DNA of 64,000 nt from an uncultured Bacteroidales bacterium. GTDB lineage: Bacteria; Bacteroidota; Bacteroidia; Bacteroidales; Muribaculaceae. The notes under the pieces are model-generated. The model saw only the letters and a program-made list of their open reading frames with translations, searched no databases and was not told the DNA's origin. Below are positions 19,283 through 28,596 of the stretch, in pieces. Location of the stretch: positions 67,303 through 131,302 of the forward strand of contig CADCFN010000006.1 of the NCBI GenBank assembly GCA_902800715.1, read 5' to 3'. How positions within the stretch are numbered: position 1 is the first letter of the stretch; every line of letters starts with the position of its first letter. The translations under genes were made by a program, and so were the position numbers.

Positions 19283-20935
19283 TTAGAAGCTGTAATTATA
19301 GGACAACGTGAAGCCTCGTGTGGCGGGTACCCAGCGGCAGACACCACCCGAGCAGTTGAAGCCCGCACAGGTGCGGCCGTAGCCAGCCTGGATGCGGTGT
19401 GACTTGAGGTTATAGGTCACGAGCGCCTGATAATAGTGAACCTTGGTCTCGCCACAGTTCCACATATCACTGACGGTAAACATCCAGTGGGGAGCCCACG
19501 AGAGTTCGGCCAGTCCAAACGCCCAATCCCCGTCGTCACCCTTGCAGAACTGATACTGCAGCTCACAACGCAAGGTCAGTTTAGGAGAGAACTTGTACTT
19601 GCCGTCGGCAATCAGGATATTGCTCTTGATCATGCCACCATGTCCCTCGATAACGGTCATGTTGTAACGCTCATTCATATACATGAAAATCAGCGAGAAA
19701 TCGCGTGTGAAGCGCTTCTCAATCTGCACGTCAATGTCCTGGTAATAGGTCTCGTCACCCATCTTGAAAAAGCTTGACTTGTAGCCGTCGCTGCCCATGA
19801 TACGCCCCTCGGCAACGGGATTCTTGATTCCGTTCTCGTCGATGCCACGCACATGGGAGATGTTGAGTTTCAACTTGGTACCATACTTGCCACCAAGTGC
19901 CGTTCCTTTCTTGAACGTATAGCCAAACTCGCCCTGGAATGCCCACTCGCCGTTAGGATTGGTGGCGTATGGGTACTGCGCTGCAAGCGCATAAGTCTGG
20001 TCATGGGTGAAGGCCGGCAAGTGGTTGATGAAACTTGACGTTCCCACCATGCTGCGGCTGCTGCGGAAAGACATGCCCTGGCTGCGCTTTGCCTGCAGAA
20101 GCATACTAAAGCCCTTCTGGGAATAAGATGTGCTGAGCATCGCCACGCTTCCCTTGCCATAGTGATAGCTGTTGTCAAATGACGGGTCCTGAGTTTTTTG
20201 GGCATATTCCGCCAATACCGAAAAGCCCTTGTGCGTCAAGCTGACACGGGCATCCCAAGCATTAACATACTTAGGCAGATTAAGTTTATGGGTCACATCA
20301 AGGAAAATGGCATCTTTGTCGGTTTTCTCATACTTGTTCACCCATGAGCCGCCCAGCGTGATGTGAGTATCGTGAGCCTCGAGCGACTTGATGAACTGTT
20401 CCAGTCCCACTTCCAAATCAGCACCACTCACTAATGCGGAATTATGGTGCCAATAACGGCGCTGCTTTCCCGATAAAGCCTTTATCGTCACGCCATTGAC
20501 AGGCTTATAGACAATGCGTCCACCACGCAGGGCATTATCGATACCCAACGAGCGTTCCTCATAGGTGCGGAGTACAAAGCCCGAGCCGAACTGCTCGTAG
20601 TAGTCACCGGCAGTAAGTTCCAAGTTCTTGTAATGGCCTTTCACATAGAAATGAGGAACACCCCACCCCTTGAAATCGGTCTCATACCCGGGCAACGGGT
20701 ATTCCAAGAACTCAAATCGTGCACCAGCGTCCACATACTTGCTACCCAGGTTCAGGTCCACATAGGTATTGGTCAGCACCTTGTACTTAGAGTGCTCTGT
20801 CCCGATTTCCTCATCATCCTGCGGGACAAGGATGTCACTCTGGATGCTTCCACTGAGTGTCACCTGTGAAAAAGCAGGAAATGCTGCCAGCAGCATTGCC
20901 GGCAGCACTAATCTTATCAGGTTGAATCGATTCAT
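19283..20935 (-). CDS. DUF6029 family outer-membrane beta-barrel protein
   Basis: GDYYEQFGSGFVLRTYEERSLGIDN; C-terminal GFNCSGGVCRWVPA..GF...YSF. Confidence 0.75.
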   Translation of the reverse strand: MNRFNLIRLVLPAMLLAAFPAFSQVTLSGSIQSDILVPQDDEEIGTEHSKYKVLTNTYVDLNLGSKYVDAGARFEFLEYPLPGYETDFKGWGVPHFYVKGHYKNLELTAGDYYEQFGSGFVLRTYEERSLGIDNALRGGRIVYKPVNGVTIKALSGKQRRYWHHNSALVSGADLEVGLEQFIKSLEAHDTHITLGGSWVNKYEKTDKDAIFLDVTHKLNLPKYVNAWDARVSLTHKGFSVLAEYAQKTQDPSFDNSYHYGKGSVAMLSTSYSQKGFSMLLQAKRSQGMSFRSSRSMVGTSSFINHLPAFTHDQTYALAAQYPYATNPNGEWAFQGEFGYTFKKGTALGGKYGTKLKLNISHVRGIDENGIKNPVAEGRIMGSDGYKSSFFKMGDETYYQDIDVQIEKRFTRDFSLIFMYMNERYNMTVIEGHGGMIKSNILIADGKYKFSPKLTLRCELQYQFCKGDDGDWAFGLAELSWAPHWMFTVSDMWNCGETKVHYYQALVTYNLKSHRIQAGYGRTCAGFNCSGGVCRWVPATRGFTLSYNYSF

Positions 20936-20952
20936 TCTATAAGACAGGATGA

Positions 20953-21444
20953 TTACTTAGCAATCAGTTTACGCACCTCCTCGAGCAACTCATTCTCGGC
21001 GCCATCGGTATAGCCGCTGTGCTTGCTGACGACATTGCCTTTACCATCAACCACAACGACAAAGGGAATCATCTGACCACCGAGGGCCTTAAGCAAATCG
21101 CTGTTGGTGTCGAGCAAGACTTCATATTCCCACTCATTCTGGTCGACGAGAGGTTTCACCTTGTGGATGTTCTGTGCTTGGTCGATGCTCACGGCGTAAA
21201 TCTTGACACCGGTTTCCTCCTGCCACTCTTCATAGACATCGGCAATTGCCGACAGCTCACGGTTGCAGGGTTTGCACCATGTGGCAAAGAAATCGATGAT
21301 GAACGGCTTGCCGTCGTTACTGAGGGTCTCGCTATTAACCGAAGTGCCGTCAAGGCTCTTTAACGTCACTGCTGGAAGTTGTGCCTGGGCCACACCGAAA
21401 CCGGCAACCAGACATACAAACATAGTAACAAATAACTTTCTCAT
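20953..21444 (-). CDS. TlpA-family thiol-disulfide reductase
   Basis: Signal peptide; FFATWCKPC; VSID; IPF. Confidence 0.88.
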   Translation of the reverse strand: MRKLFVTMFVCLVAGFGVAQAQLPAVTLKSLDGTSVNSETLSNDGKPFIIDFFATWCKPCNRELSAIADVYEEWQEETGVKIYAVSIDQAQNIHKVKPLVDQNEWEYEVLLDTNSDLLKALGGQMIPFVVVVDGKGNVVSKHSGYTDGAENELLEEVRKLIAK

Positions 21445-21665
21445 ATACCTATCAATTTTGGATTTATAATTATGCTGCAAAGATAATCATTTTCTAAGAA
21501 AATCGCTCACAAAAACAGTAAAAAAACACTTAAATCTTTTCTTTTTTATGATATGTGCAAATATCGTGCTAACCTATTATAAAAACGCAAGCCTTGCGCA
21601 CTCATGAATCATGCAGCAAGGCTTGATAAAAGTTAATGGAATGTCTTTTTCAGACAGCTAAAGCA

Positions 21666-23255
21666 TCAGTTGCGAACCTTCTTGGAGGTGACGTTGCCGT
21701 TGGCATCGGTCATGCGAATGATGTAGATGCCATGCTCCATCTCGCTAACCTGCTTACCGTCGAGGGTAAAGATTTCGGTGCTAACAGGCTGTGCCACAGC
21801 ATTCACCTCATTAACAGCCGAAGGAATCTCGTCAGCAATCTGTACGCACATCACGAACATACCACCCGAGCCGGGGATAACATTCCAGTTGTCATCGTAC
21901 TGCTCCTCCTGGGTGTAGAAAATGTAAGCATAGTAATCGTCATAAACTACCGAGAAGCCGCTGGACTTGAAGTTGTCCTCGCAGATTTGCTTGGTCCACT
22001 CGATTTCGCCGATTTCGTCCATCTTCACTACCATGAAGTTAGCACCATTCCAGCTCTGCAGATTGCCATAGAGAAGTACCCAGCCATCTTCGCGCGGAAT
22101 CGCCTTGACAGGAGTGAATCCCCACATTCCGTTCTCATCGATGGATTTACCGAACATCGCCTCATCGGGCCAGCAGAAGTCACCAGCGGCATCAAGCACA
22201 TTGACATTCATGAAGTAGTTACCGAAATCATATTCCCAAGCCACCATTGCCAAGTCATCCTTCACGCCCATCGTAGCAGTTCCTGCATCACCATCGATTG
22301 AACCATTGCAACTCGGAGCCTCCTCGAAGGACAAGCCCTCGGGGGTCAGGTGGTTGAGAACCTGATAGCCGGTGAAGCTCTCCAGTACCCTGTAGGAGAG
22401 GAACAGACCGCCCTCAGGATCGTTCACAGCAAGGGGGGTAGGCATATAGCGACCATTGGAAACCTGCCTCGGCTCGACAGTGATGGGTACATCCCAGTTG
22501 TTCACCAGGTCCTCATCCAGCAACTCGCCATCGATACCCAGTTCGGCATTGTCATAAATGCAATAAACCATGCCCTCAGGAGCGGGCTTCATGACTAACA
22601 CCTTGGAGGGGAAAGTCTTCACTACGGTAGGAGCAGTGGTGCCATCATCATTCAAGCGAATGAGCTCGAAGAGCGACTTATAAGTGGAGTACTCGGTCCT
22701 GACAACTGAAGCATAGATGTTGTTGCCACTGACACAGATAGCGGGGTTGACATCCTCGGGATAGGCCTCATTCTCAACAATCGGCCATGAGGGGAAGAGG
22801 ATACCGTCGGCATCCCACACGGGCTCACCCTGCTGGTTATAGCGATAGAGGTATACCTCGGTCACTTCACCTTCTCCAGGATCGTTTCTCGAGTCATTAT
22901 AAGCCAAGAGGATATCTCCATTGGGGGCCAGTGCCAGCGCATAATCGGTAGTCCAAGACCTGGTGGGCTTGTCACAAACCACGATGCCCTCATCGCCGAA
23001 CTGCTCATTGCCTTCGGCATCAAACAATTGGAGATGCAGCGTGTAGGAGAACACATCATTCACTCTCTCAGGACGCAGCCAGCTGAGAATAATCTTACCG
23101 TCATCGGTGCGGATGGTTTTCATCTGCACCTGTCCGCTAGCACCCTCCTTGTCGAGTTTGGTAGCTTCCGTATCACTGGGCTGCCAGTTAGCCATTGCTG
23201 TTCCAACAGCTAAAGCTGCCATAAGAACTAAAGTAAACAATTTTTTCATACGCAT
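21666..23255 (-). CDS. Secreted acidic protein, probable beta-propeller with T9SS C-terminal domain
   Basis: Signal peptide; repeated W..G/Q.F..G strands; C-terminus IFTLDGKQV...GIYIIRMTDANGNVTSKKV. Confidence 0.65.
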   Translation of the reverse strand: MRMKKLFTLVLMAALAVGTAMANWQPSDTEATKLDKEGASGQVQMKTIRTDDGKIILSWLRPERVNDVFSYTLHLQLFDAEGNEQFGDEGIVVCDKPTRSWTTDYALALAPNGDILLAYNDSRNDPGEGEVTEVYLYRYNQQGEPVWDADGILFPSWPIVENEAYPEDVNPAICVSGNNIYASVVRTEYSTYKSLFELIRLNDDGTTAPTVVKTFPSKVLVMKPAPEGMVYCIYDNAELGIDGELLDEDLVNNWDVPITVEPRQVSNGRYMPTPLAVNDPEGGLFLSYRVLESFTGYQVLNHLTPEGLSFEEAPSCNGSIDGDAGTATMGVKDDLAMVAWEYDFGNYFMNVNVLDAAGDFCWPDEAMFGKSIDENGMWGFTPVKAIPREDGWVLLYGNLQSWNGANFMVVKMDEIGEIEWTKQICEDNFKSSGFSVVYDDYYAYIFYTQEEQYDDNWNVIPGSGGMFVMCVQIADEIPSAVNEVNAVAQPVSTEIFTLDGKQVSEMEHGIYIIRMTDANGNVTSKKVRN

Positions 23256-23467
23256 GAAATTTAAATAAGTTGTACAAATAAATAACTATAAATAATTGGT
23301 TATCAGATTCTTAATATTAAAAGACGTAGTGACATGAACTAGACTTCAGACATAGCACAAAACGCTCTTATTTGCTTGCAAATATACTATTTTCCCTGCA
23401 AACAAGAAGAGAAATCAACAAAATTTTGACAAAAATCAACAAATCGACTGATTTCGATGACAAATCG

Positions 23468-24691
23468 CTATCTGGAGGCCTTGTAATAGAGGACTGCCGC
23501 AATAATGATATAGACAAAATTGGGAATCCACATCGCCACACGGGGGCTCGTATAGCCCGACACCGCAAAGGTCGAGGTCACGGTCATGAAGAGGATGTAG
23601 GAGAAACTGAGCAGCAATCCCAAACCGATGTTGAGACCGATGCCCCCCCTCACCTTGCGCGACGATAGCGACAGGCCAATGATGGTGAGGATAAAGGCGG
23701 CGGCAGTCATGGCGATGCGTCGCTCATACTCAATCTCGAAGTTCTTGATGTTGGCGACACCACGGGCCTTCTGCTTGTTGATATATTTCTTGAGTTCGGG
23801 CGAGGTCATGGTTTGCTCATCGTTCTTGGAGATGAGGAAGTCTCGGGGGTCGATGTTGAGCAGGGTATCCATCTGGGCGCCCTGCGTCATGGTTTCTTTC
23901 ATTCCCTTGAAAGTGCGGATGGTGTACTGCTTCACCGTCCACAGACCCACCGAGTCATACTTGATGGTTTCGGCAGTAAGTCTTGACTTGAGGGTGTTGC
24001 CGTCAAATTCCTCGAGCGAGAAACGGAAACCGCTGCGCGTGGTGTTGTCATAGCGTGCCATATAGGCCATCACACCCGGCCTCACCTGCAGCTGGATGTT
24101 GTCACCATAGATAACCTCCTTGTTCTTCACCCACTTGTTGGTATAGGCAATGCGCTCGACATTGGCAGGCGGAATGATGTAGGCTGCCAGCAGATAACTG
24201 CCCAAAGCAATCACCGACGCCGAGAAGAGGTAAGGCAAGGTCAAGCGATGGAAACTGATGCCGTTGGAGAGCATGGCGATAATCTCGCTGCGGTCGGCCA
24301 GACGCGAGGTAAAGAAAATCACCGAGATAAAGGTGAACAACGGGCTGAACTGGCTGAGCACAAAGGGCAGGAAGTTCATGAAATACTGGAAGACAGTCGC
24401 CTTCCACGGCGCGGTGAGCACGGCATCAAGTTTCTCGTTGATGTCGAACATCACCACGATGGCAAACAGCAGCAGGATGGCGAAGAAGAAGGTGCCCAGG
24501 AAGTGCTTGATGATATAGCGGTCGAAGCGCTTGACATAGTACCACGGGTAGCGCTTGAGGGGCGCAGGAGAGGCGGGGGAAACGGATGGAACAGAATCTA
24601 CGGAATCTACGGATTGGACGGCGTCGGTGGGAGACGCAAGATTTTGCGTCTCTACAGGCTGCTCCATATTTTTGAGATTCTCTTCCATCAC
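23468..24691 (-). CDS. LptF/LptG family LPS export permease
   Basis: DRYIIKHFLGTF, SEIIAMLSNGIS, AMWIPN. Confidence 0.9.
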   Translation of the reverse strand: MMEENLKNMEQPVETQNLASPTDAVQSVDSVDSVPSVSPASPAPLKRYPWYYVKRFDRYIIKHFLGTFFFAILLLFAIVVMFDINEKLDAVLTAPWKATVFQYFMNFLPFVLSQFSPLFTFISVIFFTSRLADRSEIIAMLSNGISFHRLTLPYLFSASVIALGSYLLAAYIIPPANVERIAYTNKWVKNKEVIYGDNIQLQVRPGVMAYMARYDNTTRSGFRFSLEEFDGNTLKSRLTAETIKYDSVGLWTVKQYTIRTFKGMKETMTQGAQMDTLLNIDPRDFLISKNDEQTMTSPELKKYINKQKARGVANIKNFEIEYERRIAMTAAAFILTIIGLSLSSRKVRGGIGLNIGLGLLLSFSYILFMTVTSTFAVSGYTSPRVAMWIPNFVYIIIAAVLYYKASR

Positions 24692-24697
24692 TTCAGA

Positions 24698-25828
24698 TTA
24701 CAGGCGTTGCTGCACGTCGTGAAACATCTGCTTCTTCCAGGCGGGGAAGTCGCCATCGATGATGTGCTTGCGGGCCTCGCCCACGAGCCACAGGTAAAAG
24801 GCCAGGTTGTGGATGCTGGCAATCTGCATGGCAAGGATTTCCTGGGCGATAAACAGGTGGCGCACATAGGCCTTGCTGTAGATATGGTCAACAATCGAGG
24901 GACCGTCTTCCTGCAAGGGAGTAAAATCGTCGGCCCACTTCTTGTTGCGCATGTTCATGATGCCGTGGCGCGTGAACAGCATACCGTTACGACCGTTGCG
25001 GGTGGGCATCACGCAGTCCATCATATCGACACCGCGGTCGATGGCCTCGAGCATGTTGGCAGGCGTGCCCACGCCCATCAGATAGCGGGGACGGTCTTGT
25101 GGCAGGATATCGTTGACAATCTCAATCATCTCATACATCACCTCGGTGGGCTCGCCCACGGCAAGACCGCCGATGGCGTTGCCGTCAGCGCCCAGGTCGG
25201 CGACAAACTTGGACGATTCCTGACGCAGGTCTTTATAGACGCAACCCTGCACGATGGGGAAATAGGCCTGGCTGTGGCCATAACGGGGCTGGGTGTTCTT
25301 GAAATGTTTCCAGCCACGGGCGAGCCAGTTATGGGTCAGTGTCAACGACTTGCGGGCATAATTGTAGTCACTGGTGCCCGGCGGGCATTCGTCCAGTGCC
25401 ATCATGATGTCGCTGCCAATGGTGCGCTCGATGTCCACCACCTTCTCGGGGGTGAACAGGTGCTTGCTGCCGTCGATGTGGCTGCGGAAGGTCACGCCCT
25501 CGTCAGTCAGTTTGCGGTTATCGGCAAGAGAGAACACCTGAAAGCCACCGCTGTCGGTAAGGATGGGACGGTCCCAACCATTGAACTTGTGCAATCCGCC
25601 TGCACGCTCGATGATATCCATACCGGGTCGTAGGTACAGGTGATAGGTGTTGCCCAGGATGATTTGCGCCTTGATATCTTCACGCAGTTCAGTCATGTGA
25701 ACTGCCTTTACAGCTCCCACCGTGCCCACGGGCATGAAGATGGGGGTCTCGATCTGACCATGGTCGGTCGTGATGAGTCCAGCACGCGCATTGGTGCCCT
25801 CGGGTGTGGCTATGAGTTGATAATCCAT
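24698..25828 (-). CDS. tgt: tRNA-guanine transglycosylase
   Basis: TPIFMPVGT, ILGNTYHL, TDSGGFQVFSL, DCVMPTRNGRNG. Confidence 0.97.
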   Translation of the reverse strand: MDYQLIATPEGTNARAGLITTDHGQIETPIFMPVGTVGAVKAVHMTELREDIKAQIILGNTYHLYLRPGMDIIERAGGLHKFNGWDRPILTDSGGFQVFSLADNRKLTDEGVTFRSHIDGSKHLFTPEKVVDIERTIGSDIMMALDECPPGTSDYNYARKSLTLTHNWLARGWKHFKNTQPRYGHSQAYFPIVQGCVYKDLRQESSKFVADLGADGNAIGGLAVGEPTEVMYEMIEIVNDILPQDRPRYLMGVGTPANMLEAIDRGVDMMDCVMPTRNGRNGMLFTRHGIMNMRNKKWADDFTPLQEDGPSIVDHIYSKAYVRHLFIAQEILAMQIASIHNLAFYLWLVGEARKHIIDGDFPAWKKQMFHDVQQRL

Positions 25829-25933
25829 TCAGTCATTATTCTAGAAAAATCGTGCAAAGGTACTAAAATAGTTAATAGTGAAGAGTTTTTAGTTAATAGT
25901 TTTTTCTACTAAACCATCATGAAATACGATAAA

Positions 25934-26010
25934 AAACGAATTTCGCTAATTTTAACGAAATTCACAAAGCATGCTTCGTGTCATTCGCTGAAATTAGCGA
26001 AATTCGTGTT
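25934..26010. repeat. Imperfect palindrome with CGAA(A)TT repeats
   Basis: AACGAATTTCGCTAATTT...AAATTAGCGAAATTCGTGTT. Confidence 0.7.
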
Positions 26011-26031
26011 AAAGTTGTCAAGAAAGGGAAA

Positions 26032-26640
26032 TTATTTGTATTTCTCCATTTCCTTGCGGGCCTTCTCAAGATTCTCATCGGCCTTCTTCATGTTGTTGAC
26101 AGCCTTCTCATAGTTCTTCTGGGCCTTGAGGTTGTCCTTGGCGACCTTCTCTTCAAACTTCTTTTGCTTGGTCTCCATCTTGAGGGCTTTCTCGGCGTTA
26201 CCTTGAGCCTTGGCTATCTCCTCGTTGAGTTTCTGGCGCTCCTTGACCTGCTTCTCGGGCAGCTCGTTCATCTTCTTCTGAGCATCTGAAAGCTTATTCT
26301 GGGCGTCTTTCTGCTTGTCAACGGCCTTGTTGTACTTCTCGGTGGCCTTTTGGCGCTTCTCGACTAGCTGTTGCTGCTTTTTGGCCTCTTTCTCTTTCTT
26401 CTTAGCCTCTTTTTCTTGCTTCTCGGCAGCCTTCTTGGCTTCCTTGGCCTTCTTCTCCTGCTCCTTGTAAGCGTCTTTCTGCTTCTTAGCGGCCTCGGCC
26501 TGCTTCTTGGCTACATCAGCGTCCTTGGCATACTGATTCTGTTGCTGCTCAAGGTTTTGCGGAGTCTCATAATTCTGAGCCATAGCTGCGGGTGCTGCTG
26601 CAAAGCAGAACAACACTGCCATCAAAAATAATTTCTTCAT
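26032..26640 (-). CDS. Exported Lys/Glu/Ala/Gln-rich coiled-coil protein
   Basis: Signal peptide ending AMA-Q; low-complexity helical body. Confidence 0.75.
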   Translation of the reverse strand: MKKLFLMAVLFCFAAAPAAMAQNYETPQNLEQQQNQYAKDADVAKKQAEAAKKQKDAYKEQEKKAKEAKKAAEKQEKEAKKKEKEAKKQQQLVEKRQKATEKYNKAVDKQKDAQNKLSDAQKKMNELPEKQVKERQKLNEEIAKAQGNAEKALKMETKQKKFEEKVAKDNLKAQKNYEKAVNNMKKADENLEKARKEMEKYK

Positions 26641-26809
26641 AATCGTAGTATTTTAAATTAAACTTTGTTTTCTCACACAAAATTAATGCAAATATACGAC
26701 TAAGACCTGAACTGACCAAAAAAGTTTAAAAAAATGCTTGGGTGCTAACATATCAATAAACAAAAAAGCCCATGAATGGGCCAAGAATCATCGGGAAAGA
26801 CTTTAGCGG

Positions 26810-27451
26810 TTATGGGTGTTGAGAATCGCGGCGCTGGTAGGTGAACTCGTCGATGCGGGTGATGCCTATCGACTCAAGGTACTGCCGGCTGTGCCAGACG
26901 TCTTCATCGGTATTGTAGTCGGGGATGTGAGGCACACGCACGACGATGCGGTCGGCCATGCCGTCGTGGCTCAAGAGCCATCGTAGGTTGTCAAGCACAC
27001 GTTGGTTGTCCTGGCCGGTGTAACGCCTGTAGACGTCAGGGTTCACGTCCTTGATGTCAATGAAGTATTCGTGAATGAGGGGCAACAGGCGCTCCAGGTG
27101 CCCACGGTCCACGTTAAGGGCGGTTTCCATCGTGAAATGCCACTCAGATGGCGCCAAGCGGCAGAAAGCCTCGATAAACTCGCTGCGAATGGCCGGTTCC
27201 CCGCCACCAAAGGTGATACCTCCGCCCGTGGCGAGGAAATAGAGGTTGTCGATCATCACCTCCTCGAGCAATTCGGCAGGGGTAATCGTCCTTGAGAACC
27301 CTTCGGACCTTAAGCATTGGGCATTCAGGCAGTATTGACAATGCAGCGTGCAGCCATGGAAGGCGACCAGCGTGGTCACCCCCTGCCCGTCCACCGCCAA
27401 CCGATGACGAGCCACCCCGATAATCGGCACCCTATTTTTCTCTTCACTCAT
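26810..27451 (-). CDS. Radical SAM protein, PflA/glycyl-radical-activase-like, no ferredoxin insert
   Basis: DGQGVTTLVAFHGCTLHCQYCLN (CX3CX2C), GGGITFGGGEP, IDIK, RVPHIP. Confidence 0.85.
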   Translation of the reverse strand: MSEEKNRVPIIGVARHRLAVDGQGVTTLVAFHGCTLHCQYCLNAQCLRSEGFSRTITPAELLEEVMIDNLYFLATGGGITFGGGEPAIRSEFIEAFCRLAPSEWHFTMETALNVDRGHLERLLPLIHEYFIDIKDVNPDVYRRYTGQDNQRVLDNLRWLLSHDGMADRIVVRVPHIPDYNTDEDVWHSRQYLESIGITRIDEFTYQRRDSQHP

Positions 27452-27857
27452 CTAATCTTTCGACATCCTCACCTTTACGAAAGTCTGTTGTATCAATTAT
27501 CTCTTCAGATTTAATCCTCTCGTCGCCAATAATGCCATCCAAAGCACATGAATCCTCCACAAACACGACCTCGCCCCGGAGTTCATCATTGCCACCTTTT
27601 TTCAGTTGATTGCATGACGTGGCGGTAAAACTCATCAGGCCCAGGCTAACGCCAGCAATGAGGGCTGCCTTGCCGTTTGAGCGGCGTCGGGCGATTTCAC
27701 GCTCCAAGTAGCGCATCTCACTCTCACATGCTGGACATGTGCCCGAGCAATCACCCTCGTGGTGACACTCGCGAGGGGCATAGACAATACCGTTGGCACG
27801 CGCAATGTCAAGACGAATCGCCTTGAGTGTGTTACAGATATGCTTTCCGTTTTTCAT
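27444..27857 (-). CDS. Putative lipoprotein with Cys-rich N-terminal domain
   Basis: ICNTLK...ECHHEGDCSGTCPACESE, then basic and hydrophobic stretch ending TATSC; overlaps radical SAM start by 8 bp. Confidence 0.75.
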   Translation of the reverse strand: MKNGKHICNTLKAIRLDIARANGIVYAPRECHHEGDCSGTCPACESEMRYLEREIARRRSNGKAALIAGVSLGLMSFTATSCNQLKKGGNDELRGEVVFVEDSCALDGIIGDERIKSEEIIDTTDFRKGEDVERLDE

Positions 27858-27872
27858 AGTCGTTTACTTTTG

Positions 27873-28553
27873 TTAGTCTTCAGTTAGTTCCAAATCGTTC
27901 TTATCTTCCAGTTTGAAGGAGATAGGCAGCGTTAACCACATCGCGGTCGACTTACCACCACGGCAGCCGGGAAAGAATTTGGGTAACGCCTTGCAGACGC
28001 GGACGGCTTCGTTGTCGAGCAATTCATGAACTGAACGGACAACCTTCACCTCACGGACCTCGCCATTCCTTTCGATGAGCAACTGCACGATTACACGGCC
28101 TTGGATGCTATCCTTGACGGCCTCAGGCGGGTATTTAACGTGCATCTGCAGGTATTCCATCAGCGCACGATTGCCTCCACGGAAATAGGGCATCTGTTCA
28201 TGGATCATCCCGAAGACTTCCTCTCGCTGCGTCGTGTCACACACTTGGCTCTGACAGCCATTATTGGGCATCATGACCTCGCTTGGCGAAACACTGGTTG
28301 CCATAGCCGACAAGCTTGACAACGCCAGGCTCACACCAGCGACAAGGGCGGCCTTGCCGAGGGAACGCTTGCGAGCGATTTCCCACTCCAGGTAGCGCAT
28401 CTCGCTCTCACAAGCGGGGCAGGTACCCGCACATTCACCCTGGTGGTCACACGCCTTGGGGGTATATTCGATTCCATTGGCACGCGCGATGTCAAGACGG
28501 ACCGCCTTGAGCGCGTTACAGATATATTTGCCGTGTTCCATCATCACATTCAT
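27873..28553 (-). CDS. Cys-rich N-terminal domain plus TonB C-terminal domain protein
   Basis: Same Cys-rich N-terminus; EQMPYFRGG...YPPEA...QGRVIVQ...LDNEAVRV...LPISFKL; start may be 28544 or 28541. Confidence 0.8.
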   Translation of the reverse strand: MNVMMEHGKYICNALKAVRLDIARANGIEYTPKACDHQGECAGTCPACESEMRYLEWEIARKRSLGKAALVAGVSLALSSLSAMATSVSPSEVMMPNNGCQSQVCDTTQREEVFGMIHEQMPYFRGGNRALMEYLQMHVKYPPEAVKDSIQGRVIVQLLIERNGEVREVKVVRSVHELLDNEAVRVCKALPKFFPGCRGGKSTAMWLTLPISFKLEDKNDLELTED

Positions 28554-28564
28554 TTTAAGAGATG

Positions 28565-28572
28565 CAAATATA
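28565..28572 (-). promoter_or_regulatory. -7 box for the Cys-rich/radical SAM operon
   Basis: TATATTTG on the minus strand. Confidence 0.5.
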
Positions 28573-28596
28573 GTGCTTTTTATTATTCCATGAAAA

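Noticed and set aside
24248-25633. 461-aa plus-strand ORF and similar long antisense ORFs (920-1900, 2284-3267, 8410-9294, 56191-57090, 57258-58187)
   Set aside because: Shadow frames opposite well-conserved genes, caused by high-GC3 codon bias; no motifs.
26810-27451. Calling the radical SAM gene pflA or nrdG
   Set aside because: No pflB or nrdD in the window and the operon context is unrelated; left without a symbol.
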